Shown here: one piece after another, positions 43,452-55,686 of the stretch
How the letters are laid out: each line of letters begins with the position of its first letter
Numbering within the stretch: position 1 is the first letter of the stretch
From: Diplonema japonicum
Taxonomy: Eukaryota > Protista > Euglenozoa: Diplonemea
NCBI GenBank assembly: GCA_964019335.1
Contig: OZ025673.1
Coordinates: 372,001-436,000, forward strand
DNA: 64,000 nucleotides
Reading direction: 5' to 3'
Notes under the pieces: model-generated
Database searches by the model: none
What the model was told of the DNA's origin: nothing
What the model saw: only the letters and a program-made list of their open reading frames with translations
Made by a program: the position numbers and the translations under genes

Positions 43452-46379
43452 TCAAGTGCAGGGCGCAACAGGCCCAGTGTAGATATCGCCCACACGAAGT
43501 TCAGGGGGTTTCAGTGCTTGGGATCGTTTCTTGCGGGTAGTGACCGGCCAGCAACTGTGATGAGAGAAAAGCTTCCTCACGAGAGGGACTGTGTTGGAAG
43601 GGTACGGTTCGGTAAAGGTGATGATGTGAGCGGATCGTGGCGCAGGTCGGGGATTGCACACCACGTAGTGCAAAGGGGGGAGGGAGGACAAGGTGCTGAG
43701 GAGGTTGAGCAGCTGGTCAACAGGCATCTCAAGACCCTCAATAAAAATCGTATTCCCCAATGCATTGCACTTCTCGCCCTTGCCATAGGCTTCATTGAGG
43801 GGCCTTCTGCACGGGACTTCTAAGTTTTCGTCGTTCCCGATGACCGCGACCCCCATGGCCACCACCTCACGCACCCTCAATAACCCCCCCACATCCAGGT
43901 CGTTCCTCACACTTACGACACCGTACCCTTTCCCCACCTCCACCCCCTCTACCCATCCTGCACAGTTTCCCAACTTTTGAACAGCTTTGTTTACTATACC
44001 CGCGTTGTGCCCACCACGTATCCATATCTGTTTTTTTTTTTTTTTTTTTTTTTTCCTCTCGCCCTTCCGGGGAAGTAAATTACCTGGTTTGCCTTCCTCC
44101 CGCCTGCTTCACTCGGAGGGACCCGGGAAGGTGGGTCCACAGGGTCCTGCATCAACAGGGAGTCTTCTTTCTCTAGCTCGTCGTTGAACAACTATTATTT
44201 GTTTGGAAGAACAAAAAAGAAATTGGTGTAACCCTTATGCAGCTGTAGAAGCAGATAATGGGGGGGGGGGGGGGGGGGGGGGGGCTTCTCGGGAAAATGG
44301 AATGGAAATCTGGAAAACCTGTGCGGGCCAATTACTCGTGACCCTCTGAACATTGACCAATGAATGCAGATTTTAAAGGACTGTGTCCATGCTAACAATG
44401 TCCAAATTCGGGAAATTTCCAAAAATATCAATTACCTCCCCCCTCCCCCTGCTGCATAAGGGTTAAACTTTTTTATTTTTGCATGTTCTTCACACCTCAA
44501 CAACGACGCCCTCGGGGCTGGGGAGCTGGTCTAGGAAGCTGCTGACCTTCGCCTGTGCTTTTTTTTTCTTCTTCTTCTTTCCCCCTCAAACCTTGGAATC
44601 ACGGGACATCGTGCAATCAGTCTTTCCGAGTGTCTGCTCAGTAAGAGGTGTGCGAGGCTGCATCGGGAACACCGGCTCTTCCTGTGTCTGGCTGTTGCTC
44701 ATGGTCTGGGTCATCGTCTGCGATGGGAGGACAGACGCCTTTACACCATGCGTCGACCGCTTCCCGCCCATGCCATCAACCATGACGGTATCGCAGCTCT
44801 CTTGAGTCATTGCAGCAGGCCGTGGTGGTGGTGGTGGTGGGGGTGTGACAGGTGTGCTGCAGGAAGACACAGTGATCACCTCAGCCGCTTGAACTTTCTG
44901 AGGAGCTTCTTCTTGCTGACCCTTCGTTTGCACCGGAGCTTCCTCTTCATCTTCAACTTTGACCTTTTTTAAAACAAGATTTGTCTTGACAGCTATTCTT
45001 CGTTTTGGCGGTACCTCATCCGGTGTAAGGGTGTTCCCCTGTAGACTCTTCCGCCGTTTGGGGGGCTCGTCTTCATTGGGAAGCTCTTTTTCTTTGTTTT
45101 GTTTCGAGGTTGGTTTTCGTTTTGGCGGTGCCTCATCCGGTGTAAGGGTGTTGTTCCGCCGTTTGGGGGGCTCGTCTTCATTGGGAAGCTCTTTCTCTTT
45201 GTTTTGTTTCGAGGTTGGTTTTCGTTTTGGCGGTGCCTCATCCGGTGTAAGGGTGTTCCCCTGTAGACTCTTCCGCCGTTTGGGGGGCTCGTCTTCATTG
45301 GGAAGCTCTTTTTCTTTGTTTTGTTTCGAGGCTGGTTTTCGTTTTGGCGGTGCCTCGTCTTCGCTCGTCTCCTGTGTTCCCTTATCTTTCCGGTTTCTTT
45401 TTCGCTTCGAGATGACCTCTTCACTCACGGCACGGCTTTCCTTAACAGTGCTCCCCTGTTGTTTTTCTTTCACTTTTCGCTTGGGCGGTGCGTCATCCTC
45501 ATCCTCGTCCGGTGTTGAGGTGTCCCTTTTTGCTTGATTCTTGTGACTCTTCCGCCGTTTCGGGGGGATCTCATCCTCATCCTCATCCGGTGTTGAGGTT
45601 TCCCTTTTTACTCGATTCTTGTGACTCTTCCGCCGTTTCAAGGGGATATCATCGTCGTCCCCTTCATCCTCAGTCACTTTTAGGGTTTTTATCCGTTTTG
45701 GCGGTGCTTCGTCGTCGCTCCCGCTTGTCTTTTGGATCTCTGCAGCCTTCTGGCTTTTCTTTCGCTTCAGGATGTCCTCATCGTCGTCCTCGTTGACTAT
45801 CAGGGTATCTAGTTCGACAGGAGGCTTGCTTACGCTGTCTGTTTCTTTGATGATTTTTGTGGACTTTCGACCTCTCTTCCGGTGAAGTGATGAGCCCCTT
45901 TCCTCTTGTGTGTTCACAATTAGAGTCCCCTGCTTACGAAGCGACGCGTCCCCTTCGGTGTTGACGATTAGAGTCCCCTGTTTGGCAGGGGGCGTGTACA
46001 CGGGGTTTATAGGGGTTGGGGTTGGTGTGGGTTTGGTTTCGTGTTCTGTTTCCGACGCTTCTTCAGAACAGGGTGCGACGGTGGCTACGCTGGCTGAGGT
46101 GCGGAGGCCGAGGAGTCTATTGTGCTCTTGCGTGCTGAGGGTCCTATCGCGTCTGTTGAAGGTCACATTGGACGCCAGCAGGCATGAACGCAGCAACAGG
46201 TCGGACCCTACGCACCACTCGTATTGGAGGCAGTTGGCCTTCGTCGTCGCCTGCACCAACCACCTTATGTTCGGGGTTTTCCCCAGCCCACCACTTCGCA
46301 CCTCAGCCAACCAGTACCCTTTTTCTGCCACAACAGCCACTATGGTCCCCGCCCTTAGATATTCCAACTGCTGTTTCAT
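43452..46379 (-). CDS. Multi-exon probable nuclear protein with PPKRR/K repeats and a possible C-terminal BRCT-like region
   Basis: The 597-aa ORF continues through small exons near 44496-44552 and 44084-44191 into the ORF at 43452-43973 via GT-AG introns. Confidence 0.65.
44232..44462. mobile_element. piggyBac-type MITE (231 bp) in an intron
   Basis: TIRs CCCTTATGCAGC/GCTGCATAAGGG flanked by GTAA and TTAA. Confidence 0.8.
44995..45360 (-). repeat. Coding tandem repeat, about 3 units of 108-120 nt
   Basis: DEAPPKRKPTSKQNKEKELPNEDEPPKRRKSLQGNTLTP units, nearly identical at DNA level. Confidence 0.9.
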
Positions 46380-46491
46380 CTCCTTTACATTTTAGTCTTC
46401 CAAGGGACACGGCCTTCGTGGATGATGCGAAAAATGAGGGGGTAAAAAAGTAGTACAATTGAAAAAAAAAAAAAAAAATGACCAACACAAA

Positions 46492-47468
46492 CTACTCTTC
46501 GACATCGGAAGAGGTGACGCCCGCTCTCCCTGGGAGGACCGATGTGGGGCGGCCTCCTTCGGACGGTGTTGCTTCCCCGTAATACTGTGTTGGGGGTTGT
46601 TTTGAGGGTGCGTATAAAAAAAAAAAAAAGAAATGTATACCTGTTCGTCGAAAACGGCAAAGGTCTCGTATTCTAAAAGTGCACGGTACGCCCTCCCTTC
46701 TCTCCTGTACGCGACCGCCCAGAAGAACGCGAAGATAGAGATAGAAAGGCCAAGGGCGTAGAGGGTCCAGCGGAGTGAGTCGGTGATCCATTTCAATCTT
46801 CTGATGAAGAAGCGTGCCTTCTTCGCCTCCCAAGGGGTCATTGCGTTCTCGTGAAAATCGATCTGCTCAAGGAAGGCATTGCGGTAAGACGCCCTCTCGA
46901 CTGGGGGCAGGAACATCTGTACCCTTGAGAGGCATATGTATGTCCATGGTGTTGCAGAGCCTTTTTTCTCCAACATGTTTCCGAAGATTTTAGCAGGTGT
47001 CTCCAAAGAAGGGTATTCGTGAGCCAGGGTATTGTACACCATAAGGTTGTAGGCTTTGTGCTCGGTTTTGTAGAAGTCCGGGTGTGCCTCCATTTTATGA
47101 AAGATTTCAACGATCTCTTTTGTTACCCGCCGACCCCTCTTGATTTCTGTCAACAGGTCCATGCACAAGACAGCGCAATCCATGTCGTTAACATGCATCG
47201 TCGAACCCGTCTTTTGCACCAGCACCCTAACGTTGTCTAAGTCGCGGAACCTCATGACAGGGTCCTTTGGGACCTCTGGGGCGTTCATCAGCTGGTTGAA
47301 GGTGACGAAGGGGACCTTCTCCACCACTGCTGTACTGTCCGTCTTCCCATCGATCAACTTCGTCCCCTCGTCCACCACTTGATTTTGAAGCAGCCTCAGG
47401 TAATTCTCGTATGACGCTGCCGAGTGCCACCTCCGCGACATCCGCAGTGTAGATTTTACAATAGGCAT
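46492..47468 (-). CDS. Probable mitochondrial single-pass membrane protein, 2 exons
   Basis: Presequence-like MPIVKSTLRMSRRWHS, TM segment LYALGLSISIFAFFWAVAY, intron 46585-46640. Confidence 0.7.
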
Positions 47469-47630
47469 TCTTTCCTGCCTTTCCTTCTCCCCTGTCCCCT
47501 TCCTGTTTTTCTTTGTGAAACACAAAGAAAAAAAAAAAGAAAGCGGTATAAAAAAAAAAAAAAAAAAAGACAAAAAGTAGATGCGAAATATTTTTCTTCT
47601 CCTTGTTTTTTTTTTCCCCCTCCACCTCTC

Positions 47631-49124
47631 TCACGCTTGCTCGCGCAGTCTGTCGAGGACGCTCCATGGAAACCTGTTCTCGGGATCGATCTCGGCTTTG
47701 TACCTTTTGTACACCTCGAGCTGCTCTTTATAATACCCACCCATCCGTTTCAAGGCTTCTCCGTCAGAAGGCTCTATTTTAGCCCAATGCGGAACAGCTT
47801 TGTACCGTTCCTGGATGGGTCCAGTGAGATCACGGAAAGAACTAAACGCGGAAGTGATGGCACGGCGGTCGGATCCTGGTGGGAGGTACATGATGATGCC
47901 GACCCATGTGAAGTATTCATCAGGGTCTTTAGAGTAAGCAGGCGATAGTAAAGATGTAGAAGAGGACGTGAAACGGACCTCAATGGGGGAAGGGGCGGGG
48001 ATTTTGTTGGATTCAATGACCTGAAGGAGTTCGTTTAAGAAGCCTACATCGCTCCCTGTAGGGGCGGTGGGGGCCCCTGACGGTACGCACACTTCGTACA
48101 CCCATTGATGCCCACCACAGTCGAAGCCCAGCACATCGAAGGAGTCGGCAACACGTGACCCAGTACTTAGCGACCAGTACTCGGCCTCTGCCTTGTTGAC
48201 TTTTTTCACGTATTCATACTCCGTGGTGTGTTGACTCAGTGCTTCGCCTCTGTACTGTGAGAAGCTTGCACCTTCGTCTAGAGCCTTCCCCAGCAGGTTC
48301 TTGAATGGCTTCAGAGCATCAGGCCCTTCAGGAACATCCCATTCCTTGAGACTCTCCTCCGTGGGGTCAGCAGTGACAACCACGACCTTGTCCTCAGTTG
48401 GGATGTACATGTACTTGAGGTGCTTGTGTGTTCTCAGCCGGGCATAGTGGTGGCGGTGTGCCTCAGCGCGTGTTTCGACCAAGATAGTCTCCTTAAGGCG
48501 GTGGCTTGGTGCGCATTGCAGCTCCAGTTCCGTTACAACCCCCAAGGTACCACAGCATACCTTGGCTAGGCTGAACAGAACTGGGTTTTTGTCTCGTGAA
48601 AGATGGTGTTCTCCACTTGGCGTGGCGATCTTCAGGGATATGATCTGCTCGTCGACAGTAGGGAGGGCGGCTCCGGTGCCGTGTGCTGCTACTTGCGTCC
48701 AGCCTGCAATCTCCTGGTCGGTGATCGAAGAGAAATTCTGTAAAGTCATTTTCTTCTCGCTTAAAAAATCCTGGATGGTCCGCACAGTGCAACCTGCCTG
48801 TACAATGACTGTGTGCTTGGTGTTGTCGTAGCTAATGATGCCGTCCATCTCAGACAGGCTAACGGCACTGACATCGCCCGACTCTGGGAAAGCAAGCCCG
48901 TTGGGTGACAGCCCGGACCCCACTGCTCTAAGCTTTTTTCCGCTTTCCACCAACCTTCTCACCTCCTCTGCTGTTTTAGGTCTTTCGACTACCGCATGAC
49001 ACTTGTGTGTCTCTGAGAAGTTATGAAGTTCCTCGAGCACCTTCGGCCTCGTAAAGTACCAGCCTGTTCCACACCCCCCTAAGATTGCTGCAGCCCGACC
49101 AACTTGCACCTTTGCTGAAGACAT
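47631..49124 (-). CDS. GLDH: L-galactono-1,4-lactone dehydrogenase (ascorbate synthesis)
   Basis: GSGLSPNGL (Leu, non-covalent FAD type), HGTGA, GFDCGG, IPAPSPIE and HWAK motifs. Confidence 0.92.
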   Translation of the reverse strand: MSSAKVQVGRAAAILGGCGTGWYFTRPKVLEELHNFSETHKCHAVVERPKTAEEVRRLVESGKKLRAVGSGLSPNGLAFPESGDVSAVSLSEMDGIISYDNTKHTVIVQAGCTVRTIQDFLSEKKMTLQNFSSITDQEIAGWTQVAAHGTGAALPTVDEQIISLKIATPSGEHHLSRDKNPVLFSLAKVCCGTLGVVTELELQCAPSHRLKETILVETRAEAHRHHYARLRTHKHLKYMYIPTEDKVVVVTADPTEESLKEWDVPEGPDALKPFKNLLGKALDEGASFSQYRGEALSQHTTEYEYVKKVNKAEAEYWSLSTGSRVADSFDVLGFDCGGHQWVYEVCVPSGAPTAPTGSDVGFLNELLQVIESNKIPAPSPIEVRFTSSSTSLLSPAYSKDPDEYFTWVGIIMYLPPGSDRRAITSAFSSFRDLTGPIQERYKAVPHWAKIEPSDGEALKRMGGYYKEQLEVYKRYKAEIDPENRFPWSVLDRLREQA

Positions 49125-49553
49125 TCTTTCCCCCTCCTCTTTCTTCCTTTTTTTTTTTTTTGAAATTGTTATTTTAGCAGGGGGGGGGGGATAGACAAAC
49201 GTAACGGACACGGAAGAAGAAAAAAAAAAGAAGAAGAAGAAACTAAAAAAAGAATTGCCACTTGAGAGGACAGACTCGATGCTCGTTGTGGCGTGAATTG
49301 CTATTTGCAGGGACGTAGCACGCGGTCCTTTGGTGACTTCACCCTCTCTTGGTTCTATAGAGGGGATCGTCGTTCTGCTCCGCGGTGCCGACCAGTAAAT
49401 TATTGTTTTTTTTACACTCCAAGAGCGTTCTCGCCTTGTAATCGAAGGCCAGCTCTACCGTTGAAAAAGAAGAAAAAAACGAAGGGGGGGGGGGGATTTG
49501 GGGGGCTTTTTTTTCATATGTTCCGTCGATCCTTCATGACAGAGATATAGTTT

Positions 49554-49584
<31 letters not shown>

Positions 49585-50429
49585 GATTTTTCTTTACAAG
49601 TACATTTTTTTTGTTTTGACAAAATAAAAAAAATAAAAATAGAATTCCATGACATGATGGAGAGAAGCCAGGAAGCTAGCAGCAACGAACCAAAAAAAAA
49701 AAAGAAAAAAGAAGAAACATAAAAGATAAGGAGGCCAGTGTTTGGAGACGCCCCCTACGGTGGCGCACCTCGGCCGAGCTGTTGCTTCTAAAGAAAAAGG
49801 GGGAGGGGGAGTAAGTCAAGACAAGAAATTGTACGAAGCCGAAATTTAAAAGAGAAGAGGCACCGAAGGTTATGTTATGCACCAGGTGCATTGTAAAGCG
49901 CGATAAGCCAGGAGAATAATAAGAAATAGTCCTAATAGCATCCTGTCTTAGTGATCGTTTTTTTTTTTTTTTTTTTTTATTTGCTTGTTCTTTTAATTTC
50001 TATTTTGTACTTTTGAACCCCACACCTCCCTTTTTTATTTCTTTAAAGAAAACAAGAAATATTATTAAATTTATGAACTCGTTCGGACGAAAGGAAGAAA
50101 AGAGAAAAAAAAAAAAAAAAAGGTAACCTTTTCTTTTTCTTCTTTTCTTTCTTTTTTTTTTTGTTCCCCCAAAGCGGGACGAGCTCACAATATCATACCT
50201 TCCCTATTTTCTTTTTCCCTTTCTTTTCCGCGTTCCCCCCCACCAAAAAAAAAAAAACCAAAAAGACGATTTAAGGGCAAATCCCACGTGAAGACTCACC
50301 CTTAAAAAAAACATTCAAAATAAACAAAAAAAAAGCGTGTATAAAAAACTTTTTTTTATGACTTGTGTGGGGGGGGGTTTTTTTTTTTTGTTCACACGAG
50401 TCAAAATTGTGCTATGAATCATAGAAGTG

Positions 50430-51473
50430 TTACTGCTGCTTAGTCGGCAACACGTTTTTGGCACTATTGTACATTTTGGAAAATTTCGCTTTGAACGAGA
50501 ACGGAGCGGGTGAAACAGGTGCCGGACCGTCACCGTCTACCTTCATTTGGATCATCTGGGCAAGCCCGTTGCTGATGTACAGCTCGAACTTCTCTGTGAG
50601 CCTTTTCAACTCTATCCTTTCGTTTTCATTCAGAACAGGTTTGTGATCAAGGTCCCTCTTTCGCATATCATCATCTCTTGTCCACTCACCAGGGTCCGCT
50701 CGCTGACAAGAAGGCGAAGGCGGCGCAGGCGTACCCGGTGTCATCTGCCTCAACCCCTCTTCAATAAACTGATTGAAACCTTCCTGCAACCGTGCAAGCT
50801 CTAACCGTTCATCATCTGTCGGTTCCGCTTTCGAAGTCAGCTCCCGAACCCTATTGTCCTCCTCTCTCGACCATGTAGCTGTTGTTGTTGTTGTTGTTGC
50901 TGTTGCGGTTGCAACTGAATCCCTTTTAACTGGTAGAAGCGAACTTGTCACCTTTCGCAATGCCTTCCACCCCCTGCTGGTGGGTGGTGGGGCTGCTTGC
51001 GCTTGATGCGCTTCGAACACAGGTGAAAGGATGTTGAACTCCGCCAGCTCTTCTTTCACAAATACATTGCCCATCGCTCGCTTGGAGACCAATTTCCTGT
51101 AGAGATCCTCCGCCTCCTGTTTCAAAGGGTTCTCTGCAGCACAGACCCTACACTGTAGTGTTCTACGGGGGTTGTCGAACCGGCACTGTTTGCATAGCCA
51201 CGGCATGCACACTTCTCCCGCCAAGCTTGCTGCCACCTTCACCTTGACATCCAAGCATACAGTTGTTCCCGCGTCTTTCATCACGTCGCTGTACGTATCC
51301 CTGTTGTCTATAACTTTACCATCTATTTTCCAAATGTACATTCCCACCTCTAGTCCTGACTCCGCTGCGCTGCCGCCTGGTTTCACTTTTTTCACATCGA
51401 GGTCCGGTCCTATCGCGATCCCAAGCCTACCATCCTTCTGTGCAATCACCATTTGTCTTGTGTCATACGCCAT
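50430..51473 (-). CDS. PDZ + RanBP2-type zinc finger protein
   Basis: RLGIAI...VKPGGSAAESGL PDZ and WLCKQCRFDN...CRVC zinc finger. Confidence 0.82.
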   Translation of the reverse strand: MAYDTRQMVIAQKDGRLGIAIGPDLDVKKVKPGGSAAESGLEVGMYIWKIDGKVIDNRDTYSDVMKDAGTTVCLDVKVKVAASLAGEVCMPWLCKQCRFDNPRRTLQCRVCAAENPLKQEAEDLYRKLVSKRAMGNVFVKEELAEFNILSPVFEAHQAQAAPPPTSRGWKALRKVTSSLLPVKRDSVATATATTTTTTATWSREEDNRVRELTSKAEPTDDERLELARLQEGFNQFIEEGLRQMTPGTPAPPSPSCQRADPGEWTRDDDMRKRDLDHKPVLNENERIELKRLTEKFELYISNGLAQMIQMKVDGDGPAPVSPAPFSFKAKFSKMYNSAKNVLPTKQQ

Positions 51474-51600
51474 CGAAGGGCTCCCCCTTCTGAAGTAGGT
51501 TTGGAGGAATGAGAAGGGGGGGAAAAAAAAAGGGGGTGTTTGAATTAAGAATCGTGTTTTTTTTTTCTTCTTCTTCTTTTTTTTGCATGTAAACGCAACA

Positions 51601-53526
51601 TTATTTCTTCTTTTTCTGCGGTTCGCCGTACCGTCTTTGCAAAACAAGCTTCGCGCCTGAGACAAGGTCGCCCACGGGGTAAGGCTTCTCCCATTTGATG
51701 TTAGGGTCCCTGGGATCGTTTCCAAGGAAGATGTTGAGCCAGAGGTGGATATCCTCTTCAGGACGATGGGGGTCGAGAGCGAGCACTTGCTGCTTGATAG
51801 CGATGGGGGTGCAGTACCCATCCTGCTGTGCTGCGTCAATGGCATCAGACAGGGATGACATGAAAATGGCAACTTCTTCCAAGTGCTGATCTCTTAGGGC
51901 CTCCACAAAGCTCATCTGGTTACCTTCGTTATCTTGCTGGAAGAGGTCCATCCATGGAACAGCACACGATCCGTACACACCTTCCTTGTCAGTGAGAATT
52001 TGTATGTCACGCTGCAACGCCAGCCGGATAGACTCTACCTGGTCCTGGCTCTTGGTGTGAAAGAATTTTGAGACCTCCTCCATGATTGTGTCAAAGGGCA
52101 GACAGTCCAACAGATCTAGTGTGACGCCCTGCTCACGCCACGATTCGACTATCTCGTCAGGCAAATCTACCAGGTTCAACACCTTCTTGAACTTATGCAG
52201 CATCACCGTTTGGTCCAGGAACACCTCTTCAGGAAGGTTTCCGTTCAGAACCTCGTAGAACATTTCAACGTCCGCGTCGTACTTAAACCGCCCCATGGCG
52301 TCTACAAGGGAGTACGCCCACTCGGTCGCGTTTAGCCACCTCTCGCAGATGTATGAATGGAAGAATTCTTGGAAGGGGCACCTTGCGTATTCGTAGTACA
52401 GAACGTTTCCGTAGTCGAAGTGGTCCGTCAGCTCGTTCCGCGTGACGCAGCGTAGTGCAACAGCAGCCGCCTTCCCACCCACGATGCCTGGTTTAGCGAT
52501 GTCAGGGAGGTCTTCGTGCAGAGCGTGAAGAATGTATCGCGACACCCACATCTCTTGAATAATCTTCTCCAGCATGCCCTTCGAGATGAACAGGTTTCGA
52601 ACTCTCCCTGTGAACCGCATGTATACAGGAACAGAGGAATTGACGCCCAACCCGCGAAGGTAAGGCCTTGCTGTATTGCTCTCATTGGTGTTGTTCTTCA
52701 CCTGTTCGTCAGAAGAATATTGGGCGTACAGTTCAGTGAGGAGATCGGCGAGCTGTCCGCTGCGACGGGAGGAGAGGATACGCCGTTCTTCTTCAAGAAG
52801 ACGGTTTTTCTCACGCGACTTGGCAAGAAGCGCTTCCAGGTTACGTGTTCTGGCGCAGGCCTCTTCGAGGTTATTGCTGCACTCATCCATTTTTACAATC
52901 AGCCGTTCCGCTAGTTGTGTTGAGTTGGACAGAACGGATTTTTCGATTTTACGTTCTTTACTAAGCTGGTGGGTGGTGCGCATTAAAGTGTCTATCTTGT
53001 CTTCGCTTGTACGGAGCTTCTCCCCGCACCTTTCTGTGAGGAGAACGAGCTCTTTGATCTTCTTTTGTTTTCGTTGATTTTCTTCGAAGAGCCAATCGCG
53101 TTCCTTCACCACTCGTTGGTAATCCGCACCGTCACGCTGCATAGCCCAGTACAAATCGTTCGCCTTGCGCAGGTTCTCGTTAGCTTGCTCGCACTTCTTC
53201 TTCGTGTAGTTTATCGATCTCTTGAACACGCGTAGTTCCGTCCCTCGTTTTTCTCGATCCTTGAAAAACATTTTATGCTGCACCCGGTGCTCTCTGGGGA
53301 GCGATCTGATGTCATTACTGTTCACCTCCCACACCACCCGCTTGTCACTCTTCAGTGTAAATGAGTACTGCACCCCAGGTAGCTCCTCAATGTGCAACGT
53401 CGCAAAGTACTCCCAAGCTGCATTGAACAATTGCAGCCTGGCTTCTAATAAACTATCACTCTCCAGAGGTTTTTCCTCAACCACTTCTGCGGTAACCTGG
53501 AGCTGTGGGAGGCTCATTTTATTCAT
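51601..53526 (-). CDS. TSNAXIP1-like coiled-coil protein
   Basis: GLGVNSSVPVYMRFTGRVRN and EWAYSL...YDADVEMFYEVLNG motifs. Confidence 0.75.
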   Translation of the reverse strand: MNKMSLPQLQVTAEVVEEKPLESDSLLEARLQLFNAAWEYFATLHIEELPGVQYSFTLKSDKRVVWEVNSNDIRSLPREHRVQHKMFFKDREKRGTELRVFKRSINYTKKKCEQANENLRKANDLYWAMQRDGADYQRVVKERDWLFEENQRKQKKIKELVLLTERCGEKLRTSEDKIDTLMRTTHQLSKERKIEKSVLSNSTQLAERLIVKMDECSNNLEEACARTRNLEALLAKSREKNRLLEEERRILSSRRSGQLADLLTELYAQYSSDEQVKNNTNESNTARPYLRGLGVNSSVPVYMRFTGRVRNLFISKGMLEKIIQEMWVSRYILHALHEDLPDIAKPGIVGGKAAAVALRCVTRNELTDHFDYGNVLYYEYARCPFQEFFHSYICERWLNATEWAYSLVDAMGRFKYDADVEMFYEVLNGNLPEEVFLDQTVMLHKFKKVLNLVDLPDEIVESWREQGVTLDLLDCLPFDTIMEEVSKFFHTKSQDQVESIRLALQRDIQILTDKEGVYGSCAVPWMDLFQQDNEGNQMSFVEALRDQHLEEVAIFMSSLSDAIDAAQQDGYCTPIAIKQQVLALDPHRPEEDIHLWLNIFLGNDPRDPNIKWEKPYPVGDLVSGAKLVLQRRYGEPQKKKK

Positions 53527-53608
53527 TTTTTTTTTTCTTTGGAGGAGAAAGCGTGAAGAGGGGTAGAATATGAACTTGAAAAAGAGAAGAAAAGAAAAAC
53601 ACGGGGAA

Positions 53609-53645
<37 letters not shown>

Positions 53646-54077
53646 AAAACTGTTTTTTTTTTTCTTTTTTTCTTTTTTCCCGTCCCTTACTCGGAGGGTA
53701 GTATAGATAATCATCAGGCACCCTCTTCTTTTCCCCATTTTTTCTCTCCTCCCTACATTCCTCCGAAAGTGTAGGTAGAACAAGAAAAAAAGGTGGGGGG
53801 GGAGGGGAGGGGATACAGTTGAGTAAATAACATGGTTTACGAGGCAACCAAAGCAAAAAAAAAGGGAGTGTGCCAACACACACTTGTCAGCTTCTTCTTT
53901 TTCTACGGTCTACTATTTCTTTTAGATGTCCCCCCCCCCCCCCCCCCCCCCGTGCATCATGAGACTCTCCATTTCTCTTATACAAATAAAAAACTTTTTT
54001 CACCCAGAAAACACCTCAAGTTAAGTAACACAACGTAAAGTAAGTAACTTTTCTTTTTTTTTTCCCCTCCCCACCCT

Positions 54078-55515
54078 TTAAGCCCGGTCCTCAACTCTGA
54101 CTTGCTGGATGTACTCAGAGAAAGATGAAACCGTGTTCACATCCACTGTTTCCCAGTCCTCTTTGACCACCCAGAGGTTGTACTTTTGCGCGAGTTTCAT
54201 TTTTGCGCCACCCTGCTTGGCAGGTTCGAAACAATGTGATACAAAAGAATGGGTCAACATGTTTGTCTCGCTGTATTCATCGCATTTCCGAGGGAAGGTA
54301 TGGTGGGGCAACAAGGCAACCCGAAGACCTTTTTTTTTTTTTTGTTTTTTTTTTTATTTGTTCACCCCTTCCCCACCCTTTACCTTTATTCGTCTCACCA
54401 AAGTTTGGCACTCGCGCCTTCTCAAATTCCATCTTCAAACCTGCGTCAGTCACCCCCTCCCAACGAACGTCAGCTATATCCAACGCTTGGTTGACACCGA
54501 TTTGATCGTCGCCCGACGTCTCGATCATTTGATTGACAGAAGAGGTGAAACGCTGTGTGGCCTTGGTGGCTCTCCAGTACGAGAACCCCATGCACAATGC
54601 AGCCCCCCATTTCGAGCTTTGCACTTCTGTAATAGATGTGTACGGGTGGTTGTACTTCCATCTCATACCAGGAAAGCTTCCCCTCTGTGACACGATGTCT
54701 GCTGTCTTTTCGTACTCCTGCAGCACCGGCATGGGGTTCCGGACGAACAATGCATCCAGATCGGACATGAGCACGTGGACATTCTTGTTCAGGAGCCTCA
54801 GGAGAAGCTTCCATCGGGCAAACCATATTGTGTCCGTGGTGCGCTGTGGTTTTTTTTTATTAAAAGAAAAAAAAAAAAAATAAAGTGGTGTCGGTACCTT
54901 CAAATGGATTTCCGATGCACTGTTGGCCCTCACGTTGTAGCTCCCGCTGCATTTGTAACAGGTTCTTGTTCCTTTGTTCCACGTGATTGCCTTGCAATCT
55001 TGGTCCTGTTCACAGGCCTGTTTGCACGCGGGTAAGGAAGAGTCTATGGTTGGCTGCTGGCCTGGTGAGGTACAGTTGTTTTCACCCCCCGTCGACCATG
55101 CACCTTGTTTCCATCCTGTGAGAATGTAGGCGCAACGGGACTTGTGTTGTGCGAACCACTTCGCGAGGCCGGTGTCAAGACATACAATGGCGTAGTTTGT
55201 GATACCGAGTTTTTCGACCTGCGCCACCCAGTTGACCATCGAGTCGATGTACTTGGAATTCGCAAAGGTGAGGATCACCGTCCCGTTCTCAGCCTTGTCG
55301 ATGATGCCCTTCAAAGACCCTGCCCGCAGCTCTAGCCCCTGTCCCACAGGCATCTCCTTCTCCCCGTATTGATCCTGCTGTACCTCGCCGCACTCCTTCA
55401 CTGCGTCCACTGTGTTTACCTCCTTCACCATCAGCAGCTTCGTCAGCATCGCCCCTATCACGTACGCCAACCCCACATGAATCCACCTCGGGTTAAGCCC
55501 ATTGTTGGTAGACAT
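54078..55515 (-). CDS. Nucleotide-diphospho-sugar transferase (GT77-like) with PAN/apple-like insert, 3 exons
   Basis: N-terminal TM, ILTFAN, VLMSDLD (DxD) and DDQ motifs. Insert CKQACEQDQDCKAITW...C. Introns 54844-54897 and 54329-54383. Confidence 0.82.
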
Positions 55516-55686
55516 CACTACCTACCTGTTGCAAAGCTTTTGTGTGGGGAAACGATAAGGAAAAGAGATTTGACACGATAATACATCAAGGGAGAAACAA
55601 AGGGGGGGGGGGGGGGGGGGGGTGGTTCTATAGATCTACGGGGGAGGGAAATGAGGGTAAAGGGAAAAGATATCGCTTTTCTAAGT

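Noticed and set aside
49260-49950. Exon-like GC-balanced islands between GLDH and the PDZ gene
   Set aside because: I could not assemble a consistent spliced ORF or RNA structure. May be a decayed gene.
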